Translations under genes and position numbers: made by a program | Part shown: piece by piece, positions 33,801-43,308 of the stretch | Layout: each line of letters opens with the position of its first letter | How positions within the stretch are numbered: the stretch's first letter is position 1 | Notes under the pieces: generated by a model | Database searches by the model: none | Told to the model about the DNA's origin: nothing | Seen by the model: the letters and a program-made list of their open reading frames with translations, nothing else | DNA from: Flectonema sp. DT1601 | Taxonomy: Eukaryota | DNA length: 64,000 nt | Direction: 5' to 3' | Assembly (NCBI GenBank): GCA_964019425.1 | Contig: OZ025794.1 | Span: forward strand, 434,001-498,000

Positions 33801-36800
33801 TACATTGAAATAGTTATGTTATTATTCTCAAGTGGTTCCAATGCTGATCCTGAAGACTTAGACAGATTATCTTATTTAATGAGACTTGATACAAAATTTA
33901 ATCTTACCCAATCTGGAGTTGTATATGAACGAGCATCACTTCTTCACATCGCAGCTGCATGTGAAAATGAAGCATCTTGCAGATGGTTGTTATCAAATAC
34001 GTCTTACTCTGACACTGTGGGTTCTGGTGTTTTGGAAGATAAAAAAGGAAGAACAGCTAGACACTACACTGCTTCACATAATTGTCATACGGTCTTAGCA
34101 GCAGCAGAACAAGAAGCTCACATAACTTCAGGATACATGCCACCATTAGATCAAATCAGTTTAGTTCTTGCTTTAGAAATTGGTAAAGTCCTCGACTTCG
34201 ATCTTTCCAACATAATGAGAGGAGCCTGTGGTAAAAAGAAAGCCAACAACACGATAGGTGTAAGTACTGTATTGCATGCATTAAATAAGTTGGATTTGGC
34301 TGGTTTTGTTGTTGAATGTGAACGTGGGGGTCAAAATAGGAAAGGAATTCCACAAGAAGAAGAAGAGGAAGTTCTTGATGAACTACTCAGTCAACAACAA
34401 CAAGCTCAGAACAATCAAAGTGCCAGAAGGATATCCGCAGCCTTAGCAGCGCAGCAATCACAACAACTAAACAAAGAAACTGTCGAAGCAAACAGTAAAC
34501 CAATCGAGAAAGACGTTTACGTGGTGGTATCTGGCAGTGAAAAGCGACAGTCATTAACCTGCACAAGACAGCCATTTTTACGATGTGGAAATCCTGGTGA
34601 ACCTCTTCTGTCCAAAGAAAAACATTCTGTGACAGCAAGCATTGTAAGCTCTTTTACGTGGCCTGTTTTAGACTTAAAAATTCAAACAGCCCAAGATCAC
34701 ATAATAAATGCTGTGAAAGCTCATGAAGAAGAAAATAAAATTAGAATTAAAAAAGAATCTCCTTCGAAGGTTGCAATACCCGACGACGAATCTGGAAATG
34801 AGCATCAAATTCAAAATCCATTTCCGTTCAATAATGAGATTGCGAGTTGGGTAAGAAGTGGAGAATGGCTAAATTACGGACACTGCGTAATGTATCCTGT
34901 CTCCCTTAGAATCTTATGTGATGATGTTATATTTCAAGGTGAGTATTCTATTCCAACAGATATAGATCCACAAGGATCACCATTATGGATTCAATCTCAA
35001 CTAGGAAGCTCTACATCAATCCTACGCGAAGACAAACAAGGTCGTTGGGCGATCTACTCAAATATTTATTCTCAAAAACCAAAAATAAGAGCCTGTCTTC
35101 CACACCGAGGATTTCCTCCAACTCACAAGTTTAAATGGCTCAGATACGTGAGTAGAGGTAAAGAAGGATGTTGGAGACCAGTTCAAGTTACAATCATAGA
35201 AGACATGAAGAGCGGAACATACAACAGATGGGAAACTGTAAATAAATGTAGAGACTTGGTATTCTCTCTTCTAAGTGATGCATCTCCTGAGAAAGGACGT
35301 CCTGTTGGACATGTTGCCAGACGAATAGAGAAGATCATAACAGATCTACCTGACGGAACACCACAAGTAGTAAAGATTCACGCATCCGCTAACGCATCAG
35401 CTTTTAAAGAACTAGATGGGAAATATATACGAAATGCGGAGTGTTCAAATTATCTGAATTGGAGTTGGGTGAAGAAAGACAACCCAACAATCCAACTTAA
35501 AGCTACTTTCAGCAGAACATTCGGAACAGCTGAGGAAACTCTTGGTCGAACTTCAGAAGATGCTGACATCATTTCAAGATGGAGTATTTGTAAAACTACT
35601 CCTTCTGAAGGATTAAAATGTTATCTTGAAATGCGTTCCCCTGATATCGCTCCTTGGTATGAATCAGGTCGTTGGATGAACGTTGCGAGTAAAACACAAA
35701 CACCAGAAATATTATTTACTTCTGATTCTATTTTATCAAGAAAGCAATCCTTCACAATACTTGAAAGAAAAACCAGCGCCATGTGGGGATTACGTCAACT
35801 ACTACTAGCAGCAGGAACTCCAATAGAAGATTTACCCTTCAGAGACACGGGTAGACTGGAACAAGACGCTCCATCTGTTTATGAGCCTCCTGATTTTATA
35901 AGAACTGGTCATCTCCCTCCGGGACAGAAGTGGCTCGACCTTCTTGTCGAAGAGTGTAAAGTCGCTCAGGTATTTGGTGTTCATGACGAAGTAGAAGCGA
36001 GTCAAGTTCTTGATGAGTGGGCACCAAGTGCTTCAGTTCGTGGATTAAATGTAATTAAGAAGTTTTGGTTATGTCAACCCTTTGCAGGCCTCAGTGAATA
36101 TCTTTTCGAAATGGCTGAAAACATAACAGAAAAGAAATGCGATCCCGTAACAATGACGATCTGTGATAGGAAAACATTCTTATCTTTAGAACCAAGAGAG
36201 AGACATACTTCATCAGAGTGGAACACTTTACCAACATTACACACTGCAGCAATAGAAACACCACTGTTTCATGAGCGTACTGTAACTTACTTCAACAAGA
36301 ATCGTAAAAAAGAACCCATCCCAACACCAGATGCCACTCTTGAGCCAGGAGGTGAAATACAAGTTCACGGCAACTTAAAAGAATGGGCAAGTGTTAGCAA
36401 GCCGGATGATAAGTGGTGGCTGCCGGTTTTTGATTGCGAAGGTCAAACGATTTTAAAAAATCTTGGAGATGGTGAGGGTGGTCCATGTCATTATCGAAGT
36501 ACGACTGCTGCATACTATCACAGAGACACGAAATCAAAGAAGATCAAAGACACGACTGTTGAACCTCTCCGAAGAGGTCGCGACATTGAAGTGTTGTACC
36601 TCAGTCTGGAAGGTAAATGGGCACGCGTCCGTCACCATGCCAAAGCAATTCATTTTGCCAGATACTGGATGCCTTTAGTCGCTGCTGACTCTACTACTAA
36701 AACACTTAAACCTGGAAAGGTTAGTCCTCTGTGTAAATTGGAGTCATATTTGGGTTCAAAAATTGCTTTTTATTTCGCCTTCACTGCCTGCTACTGCAGC

Positions 36801-39173
36801 TACTTAATATTGTTGCTATTCACTGGAATGTGTTTTACAGTAGTTCAGATTGTACTTGGGTTGTACAACTCTGAGAAAGTAACAATGTGGAATGCTGTAG
36901 TCATCCTTTTGTGGGCTTCTTTGTTTCGTCAACGTTGGATGAGAAAAGCATCTGAATTGGCCTTCATGTGGAATGTTAGAAATGTTGAGCAATGGGAACC
37001 TCCTATGGCTGAATTTCTAAAAAGGAATATTAAGGTGTCAAAAAAACCACATCCGATCACAGGTCTCAGCGAACCAAACTTCACACCTGCAGACAGAAGA
37101 CACCGTTTTGCCATATCCGGGTTTGTTACTGCAACCATGGCTGCATCAGTTATACTTGTTATGTATTTTAATGTAAAATTGAGAGACACTTTTGGAAGAA
37201 CAGACACGGGAATCAAACTAGCACTGGGCGTAGAGAACGCTGTATCTGTTGCTATAATGGATGCGTTGTTCGCTGTAATCGCTGACAACTTAAACTCAAT
37301 GGAGAATCACAGGACTAAAAGTAGTCTACAGAACTCTGCGATTATTAAAAACTTCGTATTCAGATTTATAAATGGTTTCAGTGGATTAATGATAACAGTC
37401 CTACAAACTGCATCAGGTATATGTGAGTGTCCTAGTCACTGTAATACAGCATGTATGACTAAACAGGTACTACCTGCTGATCCTTTGTGGTTAATTTGTC
37501 CTTCAGAAGAATACATTGAAGAGTGTGTCTCTTCTCATAAACAACGAGATTTGATAATCCAATTAACAACTCAATTAGTAATTCAATCGGTTTTGAGTGT
37601 GACTTTTGAAAAACTACTTCCGAAATTAGTTTTGAATCAGCGTCAGGAAGAAAAGATTCGTCACAATCAAAAGAATGATATCTTTCCTCAGGTTTTGGGA
37701 TCTATAAAAGTCAGTTCGTTCAAGGCGGGGAACTACCTTTCGCTATTCGAAACAGAAAAAGGGCTCGGCTATCGCATTGAGACGGCAGCTGATGGTCCAT
37801 GGTCAAAACTCCGTAAATGCAGCACTCAATATGGCGGCATTTGGAAAGTTGAAGGAGACGTTGTTGAATATGAGGCAACTCAGACTGATGACAGCATAAC
37901 GTTCAAATGTGATGAAGTTGTGTTGGGTAGCTTTCCAATACCTAATCCACATGACACAGTTGATACTGATGCTAAGACATCTCAATGGATAAAAATTACT
38001 TCAAACTCTTATGAACAATTAACTGTAGTCACTCAGAGTAAAGGTAAACCACAAGGTACTCTTATCATAAAACGAACTCGTGAATTCCGTGAAGGTTTCG
38101 TGAGTCCAATGAGTAAGTTAACATTATCAACTGAAGATAGAAGTAATGCGATGATTCCAACTACAGCTGCAAACTTTGTTTGGGTTTATGGAATATCTGA
38201 TCCATTATCAATAATGGTTGGTGGAAGACCTCAATCTTTAATTTCACAAATAGATACTTTCGATAACGGATCAGATGAAAAGGGTGCCATGCAAATGGTT
38301 TTATTTGGAGCCTACGCATACCTCGCGGAAGACGGCCGTACAATTGTTGCTGCGAATTCTGTTGGGTTCCCTGAAAAAGGCGAAAAGGGCAACTTAGCGT
38401 TTTCTGGTCATCGAACATGGAATGACAGATACACCAAGGCATTATGGCAAGCGGGGAGATTTCAACCAGTTATGCTATCAGACATGTTAAAGGCAGGAGC
38501 AAGATGGTATTCATGGATACCACCTTATGAGGAATTAACATCTGACACAGTTGGTGATCCACTCTGGATGGCTAGTAAATCAGGTTGTTTTGTTTATTTA
38601 TTTGAATCTCAAGACACTGAAAGGACAACAACTGTAGGAGCGAATCCACCACCACCTCATCATATGAATCGATTCTTCCCAGTTAGAAGTAGACAAAAAG
38701 ATTCTAAATTAATAATTATAATGGAAACAATGAAACCTCCTACGACAGAAGAAAAGGAATTCAACGACTACACAATGATGATGCTTCAGTTCTCTTATGT
38801 CGTCTGCTTTGCTCCAGTTCTTCCTCTAGCTCCTCTCGTTGCTCTTTTTACTGGTTGCATTGAGCTTCATACCGATTTATTTAAATTTCTTCGACTTGCT
38901 CAACGACCTGAAGCTCAAAAAGCCTCAGGAATCGGAGCATGGTTAACACTCCTCACGGCAATTGTTTATATAGCTGTTCCTATTAATACAACGATTATCC
39001 TTACTGGGTATGGGTATGATGAATATCGTGGGAATTACGCTAAGGAACTAATATACATGGCCTGCATGATAATTGGCTTCTTCTTAGTTTCGGTGGTCAG
39101 ACTGCTTCCAACTACAGCAACATGGGTTGCTGAATGTGAGTTGCGACAAGACTATGAGGCTTTGCAGACGTGA
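27843..39173 (+). CDS. Giant ankyrin-repeat / anoctamin (TMEM16) fusion, 3776 aa, intronless CDS
   Basis: Ankyrin repeats (ETPLMVAC, GETALSLAV, GRTPLMEAASGGH). C-terminal anoctamin motifs SYLGSKIAFYFAF, MENHRT...KNFVFRFIN, DY...LQFSYV.CFAPVLPLAPL, IELHTD.FK, RP....SGIGAW. Confidence 0.92.
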   Translation: MPSARIHPQNTDSSSGKEDVKQQVVDNIPGLVAPQGADADEDEVKALAEAAAKENTSEEHVNEAMLRKGILRRPRQSLHEAIHRGQLEVVEQICKERCGTALIDEFSAMGSSGWNETPLMVACQAYHLPLHHQLLMIGHLLTAGARTDQLDKKGRSAIALSIMSSPDRTTKLVEGIPEWYSKGDKVLCRINGKWKNAIVLGYGDTTLDSGGMVVYTVRTLGNDKKVFHGIHKQDLCQDTIPRKGSIRLGMSAVFRCKEDNTNSAFQSGVICNVNPRGGYDVHSGDAIIPMPDSRIRLPIQQTSSYTPATEGRLYPGCPVAVLLPGWRRFEKGRIEGRNNIHGGFNILLNEKINIETGERAGETYKWLGALVGNNTSRRFRSLEKLIESDKCRGTYGGKSQFIDSSSQGQHKDATRFLVGVQLERIMLIQQATGISKSCEAVVQMLCTERRRNECGEYVTQSIDRYSWPKYEKLNQISQLSGSQVIALAARHSNLAVLQKLEEHNLIQSKQDLYDWVDGKETLELVQCPDMAIFLMQYGLIVSLSYATKYAAYGNKRESWKRVMNGLLNGPWSSQPIFWSETSPVQSGLNSIQWTCKAGASELLEMLLARPEGAAIAAHPSKPGNHPLYLVIRSWAMPEVKMSMVKTLINSDVSIQNSKALFAAVDCNLLDLVQLLLENGADPQEKMEGTPPQYRAASYVAVERLAEYTNNGVDMLAVSIVEKCLQHPENSNEWNGWVELLKQVNGDLTGLQAWNESGETALSLAVCHQKASLVRVLVEKKMCNPNVRTAKGEYPIGLAAFLNTDSTIINILIRNSGYDVVAKGTLAFPRACKRKHIDILNTLLEAHETSSLKMDLEEPLDGLTPIEWLLTDAVGNINKTTRDMIMRLAKLKVSVQPSLISELGWLDVLTEVLTQRNGEKLPPVPTPGKTSAMMHAIARGDVDMVKFLVSCGADLLQTNTLGQSVLVMALESPVNEYLDLSEPRQAKIRYHMLEALLAGEHAQTLIQASGVLAAAATRNCLASIDLLNTKSPNRKWCEEDEVDVSQVTNERLSPVELATDQRVQWKLIEENGFAPNIANLAREGKFGLVLHCLKEQNKRGLSKATWTALCCRRSTCAAVDRHYEGHTGRTALGWIIPKSYSAFTTDKYKNLKTGIASFYYAQPSHFQKWGHETLKKGWVKGTAFPVTGYDDSRYTPNTKDFSGLVEWVPQGAEKKDVLILPLHALLFADNTIGYERGKSVLVTHKSSTPPYARHMTTYQKVYLVDNVKESFDGDEWFATKERIQTTGTHYPMKNPFKVKLKDCIVYVKLSDMTNENATTILIDMILQHGDGKLQRHFLDDEGKSVLELACRGGDINLIESIMKLRTEFGFAKDPTGGSDYRHPCCAAICAAAAGRRFSVLKMLLSMGIPPDSYKDGRSAGKWAASECCMRLLREAWKPGQTSDALYDLCMMSRRGWTVEVQKLLAHPFNANPNIESETGRTPLMEAASGGHIKLFKILLEVAEVTKFDHHGRSVLTTLVGLHDQDLGYEMSLWLLESRNAVLKGDKPKKEFIKRSKALTQAVSQPNPHILTVQLLLRNGSNSNEMSVGKSALRHISPTGTATKLDVDGCVESKISVALLILRELLTWEVRLLDPKSRFHGIKGIVQDTSIGQDRYKVRFKDESSLVEVTEWVRSDATESIKIGPASCGKMNHLDFIHAVSMGWPAVVGLLVDLGAIEGYHTRSLPYICQDTLKEALLQCLAVLGPIWVKSDGLTTPSEWYILRHLLRGLDRAHSNSTVGPTLQQAVNELLTDEIDTLGLLPLSLYKEAVEQNDKTFFSPLFSRHRHKLIVSVCEGYRDSISHDALVLEPISGLYGNSGFFFNACDALKVFKSLYIPGREDEAGNSTLELAVEVGWVEAVDWLLNVKGVDANDTNTANLPIKTISIEVDKRRHEIIADNLDYFFRKTLSGSSYVDLMRERDAGGSAFACESLNNAVITQSRDDIRMRNYIEIVMLLFSSGSNADPEDLDRLSYLMRLDTKFNLTQSGVVYERASLLHIAAACENEASCRWLLSNTSYSDTVGSGVLEDKKGRTARHYTASHNCHTVLAAAEQEAHITSGYMPPLDQISLVLALEIGKVLDFDLSNIMRGACGKKKANNTIGVSTVLHALNKLDLAGFVVECERGGQNRKGIPQEEEEEVLDELLSQQQQAQNNQSARRISAALAAQQSQQLNKETVEANSKPIEKDVYVVVSGSEKRQSLTCTRQPFLRCGNPGEPLLSKEKHSVTASIVSSFTWPVLDLKIQTAQDHIINAVKAHEEENKIRIKKESPSKVAIPDDESGNEHQIQNPFPFNNEIASWVRSGEWLNYGHCVMYPVSLRILCDDVIFQGEYSIPTDIDPQGSPLWIQSQLGSSTSILREDKQGRWAIYSNIYSQKPKIRACLPHRGFPPTHKFKWLRYVSRGKEGCWRPVQVTIIEDMKSGTYNRWETVNKCRDLVFSLLSDASPEKGRPVGHVARRIEKIITDLPDGTPQVVKIHASANASAFKELDGKYIRNAECSNYLNWSWVKKDNPTIQLKATFSRTFGTAEETLGRTSEDADIISRWSICKTTPSEGLKCYLEMRSPDIAPWYESGRWMNVASKTQTPEILFTSDSILSRKQSFTILERKTSAMWGLRQLLLAAGTPIEDLPFRDTGRLEQDAPSVYEPPDFIRTGHLPPGQKWLDLLVEECKVAQVFGVHDEVEASQVLDEWAPSASVRGLNVIKKFWLCQPFAGLSEYLFEMAENITEKKCDPVTMTICDRKTFLSLEPRERHTSSEWNTLPTLHTAAIETPLFHERTVTYFNKNRKKEPIPTPDATLEPGGEIQVHGNLKEWASVSKPDDKWWLPVFDCEGQTILKNLGDGEGGPCHYRSTTAAYYHRDTKSKKIKDTTVEPLRRGRDIEVLYLSLEGKWARVRHHAKAIHFARYWMPLVAADSTTKTLKPGKVSPLCKLESYLGSKIAFYFAFTACYCSYLILLLFTGMCFTVVQIVLGLYNSEKVTMWNAVVILLWASLFRQRWMRKASELAFMWNVRNVEQWEPPMAEFLKRNIKVSKKPHPITGLSEPNFTPADRRHRFAISGFVTATMAASVILVMYFNVKLRDTFGRTDTGIKLALGVENAVSVAIMDALFAVIADNLNSMENHRTKSSLQNSAIIKNFVFRFINGFSGLMITVLQTASGICECPSHCNTACMTKQVLPADPLWLICPSEEYIEECVSSHKQRDLIIQLTTQLVIQSVLSVTFEKLLPKLVLNQRQEEKIRHNQKNDIFPQVLGSIKVSSFKAGNYLSLFETEKGLGYRIETAADGPWSKLRKCSTQYGGIWKVEGDVVEYEATQTDDSITFKCDEVVLGSFPIPNPHDTVDTDAKTSQWIKITSNSYEQLTVVTQSKGKPQGTLIIKRTREFREGFVSPMSKLTLSTEDRSNAMIPTTAANFVWVYGISDPLSIMVGGRPQSLISQIDTFDNGSDEKGAMQMVLFGAYAYLAEDGRTIVAANSVGFPEKGEKGNLAFSGHRTWNDRYTKALWQAGRFQPVMLSDMLKAGARWYSWIPPYEELTSDTVGDPLWMASKSGCFVYLFESQDTERTTTVGANPPPPHHMNRFFPVRSRQKDSKLIIIMETMKPPTTEEKEFNDYTMMMLQFSYVVCFAPVLPLAPLVALFTGCIELHTDLFKFLRLAQRPEAQKASGIGAWLTLLTAIVYIAVPINTTIILTGYGYDEYRGNYAKELIYMACMIIGFFLVSVVRLLPTTATWVAECELRQDYEALQT

Positions 39174-39472
39174 GAGTTGTAGTTTTTTTTTTTTTATTTT
39201 TTTTATTTTTAGACAAATAAAAAATTCATAATGGTATTTCCATACTCATCACAAACCTAAACACATTTACCCTCTCCCTACACGTTGATACTTTAATGTA
39301 GTTGTACTCGGTAATTTGAAACCTCCTTGTTTAAATAAACTTTTTAAAGAACAATTTCTTAATTAAAATGGATGTTGATGTCAAGCAGACTATTATTAAT
39401 AATGACCTTCAATTTTGGTTAAACGTTTTTTATTTCTAAAGTTTACACAACAATAATAATAATAATAAAAAA

Positions 39473-40024
39473 ATGGATATTGAAGCATTCAGTCATCTAT
39501 TAGAAGATTTCGAAAAACGAGTAGAAATGAAAATTAAAATAATATCTAATAAATTAAACACCCTTGATGACCGTCAGCAAACCTTATCAGATGAAATAGG
39601 GATGTTGCAAACATGTAAGGCAGACAGAGAGATGACCTCTGGTATCGTTGATATCAGACTAATAGATGCGAAGCTTTTCTCCCTAAAAGACAGTATTGAG
39701 GAAGCAGTTAATACAACAAATAGAGCATTAATGTTTACGTTAAATAAAAGTTTATCTACCCTCAGAGATATGCTCAAAGAAAAGGCGTCGTGTGATGATC
39801 TTCAACAAATAAAACAAATCATTTCAGTGAAATCTGTGGCTGAAACATCAGGTAGCTCTGCTTGCTTATCTTGTTCAAAAAGAGCCGTTCAGCCAACTCG
39901 TGGGATACTTCCTGGTAGTAGTCATGTAAGGGCTCCGCATAAACTTTTTAAATCTTTTCGTCCACGATCGACTCCAAATAAAATAGGAAACCCAATAGGA
40001 CTCGGTCCATTACTTCAGAGATAG
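39473..40024 (+). CDS. Hypothetical coiled-coil protein (183 aa) with a CxxC motif
   Basis: Heptad-like N-terminal half, ACLSC motif, coding-like composition. Confidence 0.7.
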   Translation: MDIEAFSHLLEDFEKRVEMKIKIISNKLNTLDDRQQTLSDEIGMLQTCKADREMTSGIVDIRLIDAKLFSLKDSIEEAVNTTNRALMFTLNKSLSTLRDMLKEKASCDDLQQIKQIISVKSVAETSGSSACLSCSKRAVQPTRGILPGSSHVRAPHKLFKSFRPRSTPNKIGNPIGLGPLLQR

Positions 40025-40383
40025 CAACTAAAAGCCCCTGAACAACAAAATAGTATTGGGGCTGATAATAATACACCACAAGCAGCTTTACTGCTACAAA
40101 CACTTGATACTGGTTAAACGTTAATTCGAATTTTTTTTTTGTTATCGTTTCCGTTCTTCTGAATGGATTTTTTTTTTTTTTTTTTTTTAGTTATTGTTTG
40201 TTTTTTGACAACTTTTTTTTTTATTTCAATTATTTGTGAGGCAATTTCCGAATCCAGATTCTTCTTGATTGGTCTCACCTCTATAACCTGTTTTAAAAAG
40301 GTGTTTACAAACAAAAACTGATTTTTTTTATAAAAAAAAAATTATTATTTTCAGATTAGATACAAAGAGCAAAGAAAAACAAA

Positions 40384-41469
40384 ATGAAGATCACACGAAT
40401 CCTGCAATCAGCAAAGAAAGTTGTCGTCCTCAGAGGAGATGGTGTTGGACCAGAGATCATGGAGGAGGGATTAAAAGTTCTAAAAGCATGCGGAGCAAAC
40501 ATCGAATTCGACGAAGCATTAATTGGAGGTGCAGCGATTGATGCTGTCGGTGACCCACTACCAGAAGAAACACTTGTCAAATGCAAAGCAGCAAACGGCA
40601 TGTTGCTAGGTGCTGTTGGAGGACCAAAGTGGGACGGTAATAAGATTCGTCCAGAGCAGGGACTTCTGAAGATTAGAAAAGAAATGCAGCTGTTCGCCAA
40701 CTTACGACCAGTTAAACTTCACGACCCACTCCTTGAAGCCTGTCCTCTACGAAGTGAAATCGTAAGGGGAACCGACATGGTTGTTGTACGTGAGCTAACT
40801 GGAGGACTTTACTTTGGTCCTCGCGAAGAGCATAACGGTACTGGTAAGGCTCTTGACACACTTCCATACACTGCTGAGGAAATTACTCGAATTGTAAGAG
40901 TCGCCGCAGATATTGCAATGCAACGATCAAAGAGATTGTTATCAGTTGATAAAGCAAATGTTTTAGCTACTTCAAGATTATGGAGAAAGGTTACAACTGA
41001 TGTCATCTCTGAAGAATATCCTGAAATTGAATTATCTCACGGACTAGTTGACAGTGTAGCGATGGATATTATCAAGAAACCATCCACCATGGACGTGATT
41101 GTTACAGAGAATCTATTTGGTGATATCCTATCAGATGAAACTTCTGTTTTGAGTGGTAGTCTTGGATTACTACCTTCAGCTAGTTTTGGAACACCAGGCT
41201 CTCCAGGGCTCTACGAACCTATTCACGGATCCGCTCCTGACATTGCTGGTAAAGGAGTAGTAAACCCAATCGCTATGATCTTAAGCAGTGCTATGCTACT
41301 TCGCTCCTTAAACCTACAAAAAGAGGCTAACAACCTTGAAGCTGCTGTTGAAGCTGCTCTTCTCAACGATATCTTTACTGTGGACATCCTTCCTGCAGGC
41401 TCTACTGCCAAACCTGTTTCCACGTCTGAAATGGGTACCTGGATCGCAGACAAGGTTGCTTCAATGTAG
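40384..41469 (+). CDS. leuB: 3-isopropylmalate dehydrogenase
   Basis: GDGVGPEI, LGAVGGPKWD, RPEQGLL, FANLRP, VRELTGGLYFG, DKANVL, ENLFGDILSD, LYEPIHGSAPDIAGKG. Confidence 0.96.
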   Translation: MKITRILQSAKKVVVLRGDGVGPEIMEEGLKVLKACGANIEFDEALIGGAAIDAVGDPLPEETLVKCKAANGMLLGAVGGPKWDGNKIRPEQGLLKIRKEMQLFANLRPVKLHDPLLEACPLRSEIVRGTDMVVVRELTGGLYFGPREEHNGTGKALDTLPYTAEEITRIVRVAADIAMQRSKRLLSVDKANVLATSRLWRKVTTDVISEEYPEIELSHGLVDSVAMDIIKKPSTMDVIVTENLFGDILSDETSVLSGSLGLLPSASFGTPGSPGLYEPIHGSAPDIAGKGVVNPIAMILSSAMLLRSLNLQKEANNLEAAVEAALLNDIFTVDILPAGSTAKPVSTSEMGTWIADKVASM

Positions 41470-41963
41470 AAGTGATCACTGACTGTTATCATATTAACTT
41501 CTTAGATACAAAAACTGCAACGCCTGTTCTATTTTATTGAATTCCTTCTTCTGTGTGATGCAAGGGGATGTAGAAAAAAAAAAAATAAAAGAAAAAAAAA
41601 ACCCCCGTGCGCGATGGGTCACTTCTCAATGCTGCCGGAGTTCCAGCAAAAAAAATGATTTTTTTTTTCTTCTTTTTTTGTTTAAAGAAAGCCAAGAATG
41701 TTTTTTTTTTTTTTTTTTGGCTTTTTTTTGGCTCAAAATTTATATATTTTAATTATAATGTAATAGCTGAGAGATACGAAGGCATGCCTGTATTGCAGTC
41801 TTTAATCTTCTTATGTGATTGTTTTGTTTTGTTTACCCTATTGTATTGTCATCCTTTCTTTACTTTTACCAACAGCAAAACTCACAATATAAGTGCATAC
41901 GACTTTGACAGAGAACAACATAAGTTAAGTTATCCTTTTTTTTCTTTTGTTAAGCTTATTAAA

Positions 41964-43308
41964 ATGTCAATTATGAGGACGGTTTCGCGCTCTGTTGCGC
42001 GGGGATTTACTCAACGCCGTTGGGCAACCGAACAGGTGGAAGGTCCAGATGGTGAGGTTTGGAATATTGATTTTACTGGACATAACTCTCTCACCGATGA
42101 GATGGACTTTAAGCTTTCAATGGGATCACCTGAACCTCTCTTTAGGGTTCTTAATCAAAAAGGTGAAGTGATATCTCAAGAGATGCCAGACTTAGATAGA
42201 GAAGAATGCAGAATAATGATTACTAATATGGTTCGTCAATCTGTTATTGACGGTATCCTTTACGAAGCTCAACGTCAGGGTAGAATCTCATTCTACATGA
42301 CTCACTTTGGTGAAGAAGCAACCCAAGTAGGATCTGCCATGGCATTAAAACCAAACGACATGGTTTATGCTCAGTACCGAGAGGCAGGTGTTCTTCTTTA
42401 CAGAGGATATCCACTAAACTCTATGGTAGCACAGTGCATTGGTACTTTAGAAGACACTGGTAAAGGAAGACAGATGCCTATTCATTACGGATCTGTAGAA
42501 CATAACTATCAGACTATTTCATCACCTCTTGGAACACAACTTCCACAAGCTGCTGGAGCTGGATACACAATGCGCGTGGATGGAAAAGATGAAGTTTGTA
42601 TTTGTTATTTTGGTGATGGTGCAGCATCTGAGGGAGATTTCCACCCAGCGCTGAACTTCGCAGCGACATTGAAATGTCAGACCATTTTTTTTTGTAGAAA
42701 TAATGGATATGCTATCTCCACTCCTGCTGTAGACCAATACGCAGGAGACGGTATTTATGCACGTGGTGTTGGATATGGTATTCGATCTGTACGTGTGGAC
42801 GGTAACGATGTCTTTGCTGTATACGCTGCTACTAAGAAAGCTCGTGAGCTCTCACTTGAACATAAGGCACCAGTACTCATTGAAGCAATGACTTACCGAG
42901 GTGGTCATCACAGTACTTCGGATGACTCTACTCGTTACAGATCAAAGACTGAAGTGAATGACTGGCTTACTTCAAGTAATCCAATTAAAAGACTTCATAA
43001 ATTTATGGATGCTAAGGGATGGTGGACTAAGGAAGACGATAAGGCAATCAGAGAAGTCACCAGAAAAGAAGTCGTCACTTCTCTAAACAGACAAGAAAAG
43101 ATGGACTTCTGGCCAGTAGAGGTTTGTTTTTCATAATATTTGTGTTTAGGTGTTTCCTTATAAATTTAAGAAAAAATAAATAAAAAAATCTCAACAGGAA
43201 CTCATCGAAGACGTCTACGAGAAACCAACCGAAGAACTCATTCGCCAGAGAGAAGAGGTTATGCGTCACCAAAAGGCATTTGCTGCTGAGTACGCCAGCA
43301 AGGCATAG
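41964..43308 (+). CDS. BCKDHA: Branched-chain 2-oxo-acid dehydrogenase E1 alpha, mitochondrial (~422 aa); exons 41964-43121 and 43198-43308
   Basis: QRQGRISFYMT, QYREAG, GRQMPIHYGS, GDGAASEGDFH, YRGGHHSTSDDS. Arg/Ser-rich presequence MSIMRTVSRSVARG. Intron 43122-43197 (GTTTGT...CAG) restores the ELIEDVY C-terminus. Confidence 0.96.
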
